From positions 1 to 35,616 of IMG/VR virus record IMGVR_UViG_3300031519_000089: 35,616 bases of DNA, one strand, 5' to 3'. The notes beneath the pieces were generated by a model that was not told the DNA's origin, did not search any database, and saw only the letters and a list, made by a program, of their open reading frames with translations. Numbering within the stretch: position 1 is the stretch's first letter; each line of letters begins with the position of its first letter. The DNA is from a virus (lineage: Duplodnaviria; Caudoviricetes). Shown here one piece after another: positions 8,073-20,000 of this stretch. Made by a program: the position numbers and the translations under genes.

Positions 8073-8080
8073 TATTTATT
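8073..8080 (-). promoter_or_regulatory. Possible late promoter (AATAAATA)
   Basis: NATAAATA overlapping the stop codon of the 4323-aa gene, 6 nt upstream of the ATG at 8066. Confidence 0.5.
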
Positions 8081-11000
8081 CAGGTGCGTTTGTAGGCTCG
8101 TCCGCTATGAATTTAGCTTGTTGAGTCGTAGAGGCCTGTAGACCTTTACCATCAGCTGGATTACCATCTAACGCTGAGTACCATACCTGTCCTTTCTTCA
8201 TTAGTATTTTAATTTGTGTTCCTTCTGCTGGGGCGTACCCTAAGTTTACTGCCGTAGTAGATCCGTCCACAGTGTAGTTAACAGTTGAGCCGTCCTCGCT
8301 AGTCAACAACAATCGTTGGCCACCAACAAATACGTCTAGTTGACTAACTGAGGTTGCGGCTACTGATGTGGTAAACGTTGCTGTGCTACCATCACCTGTA
8401 TGGGTGTCAGTGTACACAGTGTCCGTGTAAGGTATAGTTTGAGTTCCGCTGGCATCTACCACTAGTGTGCCACCGCTATGGTCCTTAATTCCTGTTCCAA
8501 GTGTTCCACGTCTCAGTTGTCCCAACGTGTCTCCATCTTTGGTGAAATATTCAATTCTTTCCTTGTCTACAAAGATGATTCCTGGTGTGTTCAGCACGGC
8601 ACTTGGATATGCCAATAAAGAACCATCCACAACCTGTATGCTTGTTGATTCTGGTGTGATATCATCTCTTAATTTTGTCGTATGTCCTTTAGAAATTCTT
8701 TTGTAGTGTGTCCTGTTTAACATATCCTTGAAGATTCTAAATCCTGTGGCACCATGGGCTGTCTCTACTGCAAAGTATAACACATCTAACTTGTCACTAT
8801 CTGTGATAGTTCGTGATGGATCTATCGTTATAGTGTTTCCAGAAACTGAATACTCGGCAACATTGATTAACTGTTCTCCATTTAACCAAACATAAGTGTA
8901 ATCACTGTTTAGTGCATCAAATCTCAATTTGAATGTTCTATTTGGTTGTCCTGCTAGGACCTCTCTTCTCAATTTTGTTCCCAGAGCATTGTTGAATGTT
9001 GTTACAGACAGCACATCGTCTGCTGTAAGTGTTAATCCATCTGATGCTATCTGTGTTGCGTTTAATATTATATCGTTACTGTCGTTATAGTATTGGAAGT
9101 CTGTTAATGTTGTTATTGCTATCACATCAGTTCCGGCCGGTGCAGTTGTTAAAATAACATTGTACGGTGCTCCTGTGGCATCTGCAGTTGTTGTCGTTGC
9201 ATCTGCAGTTGCAGTTGATATAGAAGTCGAATCGTCTGCTGTAAATACTCCGTTTCCGAAGTCTACAGTGAAATCTGTGTTCAGCACCTGTGCAACACCA
9301 TTCACGTGTACCTGTATCTGCGATGCAGTTGTAATTGTTTTCTCAGGATCTATAGTTGAATCTTCTCCCAATCCAATCACTGGATTGAATGAGTATGTAC
9401 TTCCGTCTCCTAAATAATAAGACACGTCTGGACCTCTCAAGACTTTTCCGTTTACTTCAACCATAGTAAGTGCCGAGAACGGTCCGATTGATCCTGGTGG
9501 ATAAGTTAATGTGTATCTGTTCGTTGATCCATCATATGTTATTTGTTCGGATCTTATAGAAGCATAGCTTCTTGTCGATGACGCTGACTTGTTAAATCCT
9601 GCAACTTGTACCAATGCATCAGCCGCCGGGGCCGAGTTGAATACAACTGTTATTGTATTTGCAGTAGTAGTTGTTGTGAATGCCGTTGTTGGTACACCTT
9701 CTACTGTTACGAATATTTCACTTGACGTGGAATCTAAATTAAATTCTCCTCTAGTTGATGTTGTGTAAGAAACTGTGCTTCCATCACCTGTGTACTGATC
9801 CAGTACCCTGTAATTTTCTCCCGATATTGCAAAAGTTTTTGTTGTTATCAATGCGTTCATTACCGGTGCTGTTCCAAATGTTATTGTTTTGTTAGCAACA
9901 TTCACTGTGTAATCCGTTGTTAATTTTTTAATTACATTGTTTACTGTTACAGTCACTGATCCTAATGTTCCTGGGAAATCACCAATTGGGAAAGTTGTAG
10001 TTGAACTGTCACCTCTACTGAAAAGGTCTGATATAAATGGCACACCCGATTCTGGTGATGTGTAAACCTTGATGTCTACTGAATCAAAAAGCTGACCAGG
10101 AACTGTTTCTTCTGGAGCATAGCTAGTTTCTGGTGACAAGAAATCATCGCCTTCTAACAATACATCACTTGGTGCTGATCCTAGTGCTGATCCAAAAAGT
10201 CCGCCCTTTATTATTGAATCTAGTGTCCTGTCGTCACTTGGAGTAAGAACACCGTCGTCATCGAAAGGTATGAACTCTATCAACGCATCTTTATCAGGCA
10301 TAAAGGCCAATGTAAATGCAGTCGTGGATCCATCTCCTCTGAATACTTCGCTTGTTTTCTCTCTAGTACTGTCGTCTCTTGTTTGATATACTTGATACAC
10401 ATCTGTTGACAAAGGTGCTTCGTCAAAAGTAAATGTTGCAGAGTCTCCGTCTGCGGCAAAAGATTTGATACGTGATGCACCGTAACTGTCCCAAGTGAAA
10501 TCATACCATCCCGATCTGTCCCATCCTTGATCTTGTGAGAACAACAGTCCTGTTACTATTGTTCCACCGTAGTCAACCCCTGTCATCACTTGCGACAGTT
10601 CGTTGCCCGGCATTCCCGTTCCTGGTGTGTAGAATCCTTTTGTCCTGTCCGCGGCTGTCAGTCCTGTTTCGTTGCCATATACTTTGTATACATCACCTAT
10701 GTTATCATTAAAGGTCGATGTTGCTGTGAAGGCACTGGTTGCTCTGTATAATTCATTTTTGTATCTTATAAGATCGTTGTAAGAGTAACTGGAAAGTGCT
10801 GTCCAGTCCTGCACTCTGGATGTGCTAGACACCCTGTCAAATTTAATTGTTGTATCTATGTCCCTGACAAGATCATTGTTCAGGTAAGCATATGCTTTAG
10901 CTGTGTCTGTTGGTGTTGATCCATCTTCTGCACCACCTGTTAATATAACAGCAGGCGTTGTTGTGTAGTTTGACCCGTTTGTTACCAATGTTATTTTTGT

Positions 11001-14000
11001 AACTGCTCCATCTGATACTGTTGCCGTAGCTGTTGCCACAACATTGTCCGGTATCGTGTACATCTTGATCGATCTAGATGCTGTTGTCAGTGCATGATTA
11101 GAAATTTGACTGTTTGGCATATAGAACGTGCCAGAGTATTCTGAAAATGTGTGAGAGTGTGATGCACCAGATCCGCCATTTTGCGAGTCCCAAATGTTAG
11201 ATTGTTCAAGACTAGAGAACAATGGATAGTAATATCCAACAGATCCTGATGACGCTCCACTAGAGCTTGTTCCGTAAATCTGGAAAGGACCCGTTGATCC
11301 CACAGTACCACCAAGTATTGTCACTGTTGGTGCAGTTGTATATCCAGAACCTCCTGATATTAATGTTATACTTGTTACGTGTTTCTTATAATAGTCATAC
11401 CACAGTTGATGTGGGTATTCTGTCAATTTGGTTACATCCAATGACTCATTTAAATTTCTTATCGAACTTGTACTTGGATCATAGAACGGTGGATTATCGA
11501 AGTCTGTGAATATACCGTCCTGTGTGTCTGTGCTTGTGTAACCTAATTTGTATTCTCTTAACTTTGTGTGGAAAGGTTTTACTTCGTTTATGTAGCTCTC
11601 TATCCAACTGTCTGTGCCTATTGTGTATGTTTTCCTTTGATCTAGCTGTCTAACATTGTTTCTTGCATTAATAAACGATGTCTTAAACATCCAGTCAACA
11701 TAGGTCTGTTCAGATAATACTTTCCTTAGTCCTGTAAAAAACAAAGTGTTGTATTCTACAGCAAGAGCATTTATAAAAAGATCATCTCTCAAAGCAGTTA
11801 AAATTTTTCTAGTTTCTAATGCCGGTTCTTGATCGAAGAAGTTACTATCAAATGTGTCTGCATCTGCAAAACCCGTAGCATCTTGAGTGTAGTCATAAAG
11901 TTTTGTTGAAAGTCTTATTGTACCGTTCTGCGTTCCAACGTTCGTCCACCCTGTGCTAGTTTTCATAAACAGTTTCCATCCACCTGTATCTGAACTTGTA
12001 ACCTTAACGTGTTGTCCTAGCTCTACGTCTAATGTGTCTAGTTCATACTCGTATGTAACCTGTTTGTCGATTGGTGTATTTTCGTTGTGTACCATTTCAT
12101 GTATTGCAGTATCTGTACCGTACCAGTCTATGTAATTCCAATAATTGCTAGTGTTGTATGTTTGCACTTTGGTTCTTGAAAACACAGATCCGTCCCATTG
12201 GTATATCGCCCAGTAACCTCCGATTGTTTCGTCGGCCTTGACCAGATAGTTTACTATACCTGACAATTCTTTCGTGTCTACGTAAGTTAAGTCTGCATAG
12301 GTGTCTGCTGTTGCGTCCCATTCTAAACTTTGTGCAGTTGGCTCAGGATCTGCCGAATCTAAATTATCCAAATTAATATTGCCTGCAAGTTGATTCTTTT
12401 TCAATACACTGTTAGCATAATCTATGATTTCTTTTAGTGCATTATATCTGTTCACATACCAACTCTGTCTTGGTCTTAAATTATTTCCGTATCTCTGTGT
12501 AACTAGTAGGTCTGGATCTGGCACTTTGTCACCTGTGCTGTTTGATCCTATTAGTGAATTCCACCATTGGTTCTCTATTGACGTTCCTGGTCTGTATTCC
12601 TTGTCCCCTTCCCTAACTAATTTCCAAACGCTGTGTGCATCTCCGTCGAACGTGTTTGTCCTGACGTCTATGTTTAATACTATGTTGTCTCCTAACCCAG
12701 TTGATTCTGAGAATATTAAAAATTTATTTGTGTCTGTGGGTGCATACAGTTTCAAACCATATCTTTCTGGCGATGTTATAATATTTGAAACATATATCGT
12801 GGTGTTTTTCCTCACAACAACCGAGTTGGTTGGCATCTCTGATGAATTTCTAACCCAGTAGTAGTAATAGTTTACAAATCCGTCCAGTGCTGAACTGTAT
12901 TTCTGTTTCACTGTGTAATTCGTATCGGTAGGATGTAAAGGTGTACCGGAAGTTTCTCCTGAATCGGCTCTCAATACCCATTCGCTTGGTAGGTACCTTG
13001 ACTCCACCCATTCATAAATGTGTATTTCTGATCCTGGGAAAATTCCACCCCAGTTGTTTGTTTTGTATTCCTGTGTGTCCTGCTCATACCATAACCATTT
13101 TACTTTGGATAGATCCCACCATACTTCGCCTACATGTTTCTCAGCCCAAGCTAATTTTGTGTTTTCTTTTGGTCCAAAATTATATTGTGCAGGATCCCAC
13201 GGTGTTTTGATGTTTATCTCTCTGTCTGCTATTCCTGGTATCCTTCCTTTAACAGGATCATAAAGATCTAGATAGTCCTGTACTTGTTTTGTACTTTTGT
13301 TAAACTCGAATGCAGTTCCTAGTTTGTTAATATCTAACAATGGTGTTTCAGATGCTATGTTTTTCCAAGAGTAAGAACCGTTTGCTTTAAGATCAAACAC
13401 AGTAACCGTTCCGTCATTTACCACAGTCGAATCATCATTTCCTAAATCTTCTGGAGAACCAACATAAACAACATTATCAATTGCACATACTCCTCTTCCG
13501 AAGTCATCATTTTCTGAGACACTTGTTGTTACTAATCTGTCGTCTATTATAAATTTAGTGTTGTACATAGTTGCTGTATACACACCACCTGAACCTATGT
13601 TTAGATCAACTATTGCTGTGTCTTGTAAATCAAATGTAGTTTCACCTGAATCGAATTTCATTTCTCTATCGTTCGCAAATTTTTCAGCACCTATCACAAG
13701 TCTTGTTCCGTCGTTGTTTAAATCAAGACTTGAACCAAACCTCATATTTGTCTGACCGTCTGGTGCTTTTATAGTCTGCTGTAAAGTGTATGATAAAGTG
13801 GAGTCGCCGTCGGCATCCCATTTGTAATAATAAATTGCGCCTGTGTCTGCATTTCCAGTAGACCCATCATCTACTCCTGGAGCTCCTATAACCAATGTTG
13901 TTCCGTCCTTGCTCATTGTCAACGAATCTCCAAAAGCAGTGTTCAATGACGAACCGTCTGCTGATACTCCTTGTATTGTCTGCACCAATGTGTATGCGTG

Positions 14001-17000
14001 TTGTGTACTGTCATCACTTGACTGTGAAGTTCTTCTAAATATTTCTACCATACCAGCATTTCCCGGCGATAGAGAAGAAACTGCTAATATGTCTCCAGTG
14101 TCGTTGGCCTCTAGTCTGTGTCCAAATCTCTTGCCTTGTCCTGGAGCACCTGATGTTAAAGTCAAACAGTTTGTCCACGTGTCGTACGTAGAACCGTCTG
14201 CACCAATTCCCCATTCAAACATATAAATTTGTCCTGTATCTGAATAGTAACCCGGAGCACCTACGAAAAGATATTTTGCTGATGTTGATCTAGTTGAGCT
14301 CACACCTGGTTCTGAAATCTTGTGTGACCATCCAAAGTTCTGTGCCTGTGCTGAATCAACCGTTGAGCCATCCAGTGGTGCTGAAAGCGTGTTTAATATT
14401 GCATACTTGAATGTTGTTGGATTCCACAAATAAATCTTAACTAATCCGTTGTCACTGTATCTTGTACTGCCATCACCATTGTGATTTACGTTGGCATATG
14501 GTGCACCTGCAACAACAAAGTTCTCGTCTGTACTCATTGATAGTGAGTAACCTAATTTACTTGATGTATCATCGTTGTCTGTCATTGTCACAGACGATGC
14601 AACACCAAAACCTGTTCCTGCTGATGAATCGTTTCTGAAAAGGAAGTGTAAAGTACCTTGCCCCACTGTGGGTGCTGAAATTACAACTGTTCTTCCATCA
14701 TTCCTTGCAACTATCTGGTATCCAAAATCCTGATCAGAAGTAAGGTTTGCCGGCGATAGTAATCTGTGTGTTGTGTATGGATCTTGTTTTTCGTACACTC
14801 TCCATAGACCCGAACTGTCTGCATCTGCAAATACCTTGTCTCCTTTTCGTAGTATACTAGTATTCTCATCTTTGTAAACTGAATATTTTAAAAGATCATT
14901 GACGTTGTCCATTGATGCTAATCTCACCGATACAAACTTGTATATGTTTCCGTATGAATCTGCTGTCGATCCATCTGCTAATGTTGGAAGGAACGCAGTC
15001 GATCCTGTGTAGTCTACCACAAGAGTTTTATGACTTATCACTGACGAAACTGTGTAAACGTCATTCAAAGAGTTGCTCTCTCCGTTAGCTATTGCAAAGT
15101 AATCTGGTAGTGAGGTTGGACTGCCTGCTGATAGTCCATGTGAATCTGTAAATGTTATTTCTAATTGCGAAGCATCGTTAATAGGTAGTAATTCAGCAAT
15201 AGTAAATCCTGCTGTTGTTATTCTAAAGACATCCCAATCTTTGTTGGTCTTGTTAGCGACCCATACCAAGTCATTTGTTGTGATCGCATTTACATCTAAA
15301 AATTGTAGGTCGTCTATTTCAAATGCCGTGTGTTGTACCTGAGAAACCTGTGGATAGCCTGCTGTTTGATAATACTGTACACTGTCTCTGTCCACACCTG
15401 TTGTCGCATAATTGTATTTTGCAAAAGTTGTTCCTGTTGTATAATCTAAAGGCTTAGAATATAATTCGGTCTTGGACACATAAATCGATCTAGGATATTC
15501 TCTGGCTTCGTTTGTTGTTTCAAACAATTCAAAACTTTGTCTGTTTGATATAATTTGTTCTTGTTTTAATTCTAATTGTATACTTTCTATAGCATCCGTG
15601 TTACCAATTTTTCCTACCCTAATCATCCATTCAGGATATATGTCTAAGGATATATCTTGATTCTCATACTTCGCTTTTAAAAGTTTGTCTATGGCACCCT
15701 GTGTACCCTTCTCTCTGATGTATCCTTGGTAGAACTTGTACTGAGAAACGTCATTAACAAATAGATTCTCTAGATAATCTCTGCTCTGATACCCAATTAA
15801 ATGCTGTGCCAGTCCCTGCTGTGATTCATCAAAGTTATTTGATTCCATGTTGTAAAAATCATTGAATTGTGAAATCTTGTAATCAAAGTTTGGTATCAAC
15901 TGTGCTTTAGGTTTTTCTTTTTTGTATATCCAATTCGATGTTACAAATGATGTTGTCGAATTATGATTTACTTTTGCAACATAAAACTTTCCTTGGTACT
16001 CTACCGAGTCACCAATTTTGTAATCTGTATTTGCTATCCAATAAGTTACTTTTGCCGCATCAAAAACAAATCCCGGTGCATAGTAGTCACCGTTCCAGCC
16101 GGCTGTTTTCCAACCTACAAGTTTCAATCTCGCTTGTCTAAATCCAGTTGCTTGATCGTACAAAATATCAGAGAACACTGTTTTGTTGTCAAATAATAAT
16201 ATGTGTTCCTTCTGTACCGTGTTCAGTGCTATGTTGTAAAGTCCTTCACTATTTTTAAGTGCTAATTCAAATGTCTTTCCTATACGTTTGGTGCTTACAT
16301 TACTAATGTCAATTTTTCTTCCACCTGCGTCCAGCAACGAGTAATCTCCTGCTAGATTCCTTAATCTGCCTACTATTGAATTTTGTGTGTCCAATGTAAA
16401 ACCGTCTGCTCCTGGCGAAACTGTTATGGCCGATCCTGCTGACAACTCTTGTGTTGTCCAAAATAGGAATTCTCTTGCGGCATTTTGCCAGTTTATAATC
16501 TCTTTTAATTCGTTCGAAAATTTGTCAAACTTGAATCCTTGCCCTTCTAACCATTTTCCATGTCCTAACAGAAAGTCTACGACCTGTTGTATGCTATTAA
16601 ACACGTGTCCATATGGTATAGTCTGTGCAGTAGATGAGTATGTGTTATACATTTCTGCACTTGTTCCTGCCACAGATATTTTCTTACTTTTAATATTTTT
16701 ATTAGGATGGTAGAAAGAAAAATAAGGTTTCACTGTTGAATATCCAAGTACCTTATATCCACCTGTCAACGATGATCCGTCTATAGATGTGTCTGTGTTC
16801 AGTTCTATCAGTATTCCTGAATAGTCAAAACTGTTTACAGGGTTTGATGTTCTGAATAATATTTTGTAGTTCTCGTCTGGTATAAATTTTGATCCCGAAG
16901 TCGATCCTGGTGAGACAGAATCAGTTAATATTTTCAAGTTGTCCTTGTCTGAGAAACCGCCAAGTTTATATGCTAGTTGCACAGACAAATTTTTCATTTT

Positions 17001-20000
17001 CGTATAGAATAAAAGGTTTGGATCAAGATTTCTTGATATCAGATAATTCACAACCAGTGGTTGGTACCCTGATGTAATATATCTCGTAACTACACCTGTA
17101 TTTGTGTCGGTACTAGTTTCTAAATGATATTTTGCTGTTGCTAATTCTTGTCTTACACCTGTGTCTGGGTCTATTAAATTACCTGTTACATTGTAAGTTA
17201 TTCTCGAAGTATCAAAGAACAGTCCAAAAAATTTCGCAGGTTTTGTAAGTGCTAAAAGTTTTGTAACACTGAAAGGATAGGCGCTTGATCTTCTCCATGC
17301 CGTTTCCGCTGGTGCTTGATCTCCAAATTTCCAAGAAAGTTTTCTATTGGGTATGTCAAATTTTTGTACTAATCCTATTGCTAAAGGATCTAATAAATTT
17401 CCCGATTCGTCAACAGGAATATAATTTGCTATGCCGACCTTGCCATACCTACCTGTATGTGCCGCCACTGCGTCCCACAACACTGTGTTTCCTGATGTGT
17501 AAGGTGCTGTGCCGTATGTCGAATCCCAAGTGCTAGGTTTTTCCGAATGACCTAAAATTTCCCATGGTCTTACGTGCGGAGCATCTGTGTCGTAGAAATA
17601 TTTGTATATGCCTCTCCAGTATCCCGGTAGTTTTTCGTTATTCTTTGTATCAGTGGATGTGCTGTAATTGTAAGTAAACGGTGATCCTTCAGAGAACGCC
17701 GTGTTGTTAATGTACTGAACTCCGTTCCTGCCTGTCCAAGTGTAAAAGTCAGGTCCCATTACATCGTTTATTTCAGATAGTGTATATTCTGTAGTTGTAA
17801 ATGCCGATGGTAGAACATCACCTATGCCCAATATCGTAGCATCGTACTGTGTTTTTAAATTGTTGTAAATCCTTTTCTCTAATTCTAATATTAGATTGTC
17901 TCTCTCATCACCGTAGGCTTTTATGATCGATCCATCATGTTTCCTTATCACTGATTGGCTAGTGATGTATGTGTCATCTGTGAATAGCTCGGGTTTGAAT
18001 TTTGGATACAATCCAAGTTTAGTTGGTGTTAGTGGAACGTAGTTACCGGTTGTATCGACGTAATCCCTAATCTTGATAATGTCTCCTGCTACGAGAGTAT
18101 GGATGATATCTATGCTGTCGTCTGTTGTGCTAACAGTATAGTCTGTATCTTTGATCAACTGTGAATCGTTTAGATATATGTAAACTGCTCTGTTGTTCGG
18201 TACTGTCATTGCATGAACAGAATCAATTGCGTATTCTGTTTCTGTTGAATCCATTACTGTATAAGTTCTCAAAGAATAGTTTTCACCAACTCCTATCATA
18301 TCATCGTAGTAGAAAGGGAATGAACTGTTTTTTCCTTGATTCAATGCCTTCAATATTTCATCTACTCTGTCCGCGGCTATGCCTTCGTATGCCGTTGCTA
18401 GTCCATGGGTTAAAAATGCATTATAAAATTTTTCATATTCCTTGTCACAATAATCTATCGCTGTTATTACATTGGCTTCTTGATCTATCAAACCAAACAT
18501 AGCCGACAACAACGAACCTTCGTGCTGAACTATGCTACCGCCTTTAAGTTTAGCTTCTGGTTTATCCCTTAAATTTGATGACTTGAGAACATCTCCTGTT
18601 ACATCTGAATTCTTTTCATATATGTCCTGTAAGTGTTTTAATACCTGTCCATATGTGAAAGTGCTCAACTGTGCATTTAAAGGATTCGTTGAAAGATTTT
18701 CCGGAATCTCGTATATACCTTTGTCCTCGACTTTGTCTGCTGTGCTGTAACCTGCTACACGTATTTGATCTCCCACTGATAGTTCTTCAACAAACTTGAT
18801 GTATTTGTTAACCGTACCACTTACTAATGTGTAATCTGTTGTTAAATTTTTTCTTTCACCGTTCACCTTAACAGCTATTTCTAGATCTGTAAGTGACGCA
18901 GAATTTTTATAGAAATCTATTTGGAACAGTTGTTTTTCTGACCTATCAACTATGAAAGTTCTTACAACTCTCTGTTTGCTCTCTGTTTTTCTTTTTATCC
19001 ATGCACTCTTAGAATTGTGTGTTTCTCTGCCTGTTGTGTAGTGCAGATGTCCTTGTGCTAATTTTTTTATAACTTCTACGTTTCCTGCCTTGTAGGTAAA
19101 TGAACCAGATGTATGATCGGAATCAAAAACAATGTCACCTACATTATTAATAGTGTTGTACTTGACTTTTATTCCTAGCACTGTGTCTGTTGTTGCTGTA
19201 TCCGATACCTTAAATTCAAAAACTTTTGCACCTGTGAAAGAACTGTTTGGGTACGTTACTGCATCTGAAAACGCAATATGGTTCTCATCGTACATATTAA
19301 AAAGCGGTTGTTGATTTACTTTTGTCTTTTCCTGTGCTGACTGCCAAGATAATGTGCTGTCTGCACCATATCCCCAAAAATAAGTTTTACCTTGGTTTGA
19401 TGTTCCTGACTCTATAAAAACACTGTCACCGAGTTCTGGTATGGCATCGGCTTCTTCTGTTAAATTTATGAATGTGGCCGAGTCGTCGTCTAGTGACACG
19501 AAGTTTACTTTATAAATTTTACCTTTTACAGTTGGATCTGGATCTGCGGCGAATATAATTCTCATGCCTTCTGCTACTGTGACCCCGTCAACTATGTAAC
19601 CGTTTTGTCTGACCACATCAGAGAACGCATCAACCGTAACTGTATCAAACAATGCTACTGAAGTTTTTGCTATTGTTCCGTGGTTGTAAAGTTCAAGCCC
19701 TGAATCAAATTCTATAATAGGTCTTTTGGCTCTGTCTGTTTCAAGCAGTGTTGGTGTGTATCCTATAATGTTTGCAACTTTTTCTATAACATCCTTGTGG
19801 AACCATCTGTTGTATCTCGACCATGCATTCTGGTCTCGTGAATCTCTTTTAATTGTTATGTAGTCTAGTGCTTCTGGCCTGTAATTTGCTTTGGCATAAG
19901 GTCTCATGTCGAAATCTACACTGTCGTATAGTATTGTAGTTTCCGTAGCGTAACTTTCCGGAGTTATAAGGTCAGTAACATTTGATAGTGTTATCGAGTC

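Noticed and set aside
9170-9245. TADDSTSISTATADATTTTADAT low-complexity repeat
   Set aside because: A short Thr/Ala/Asp linker with imperfect DNA repetition; no evidence of a separate function.
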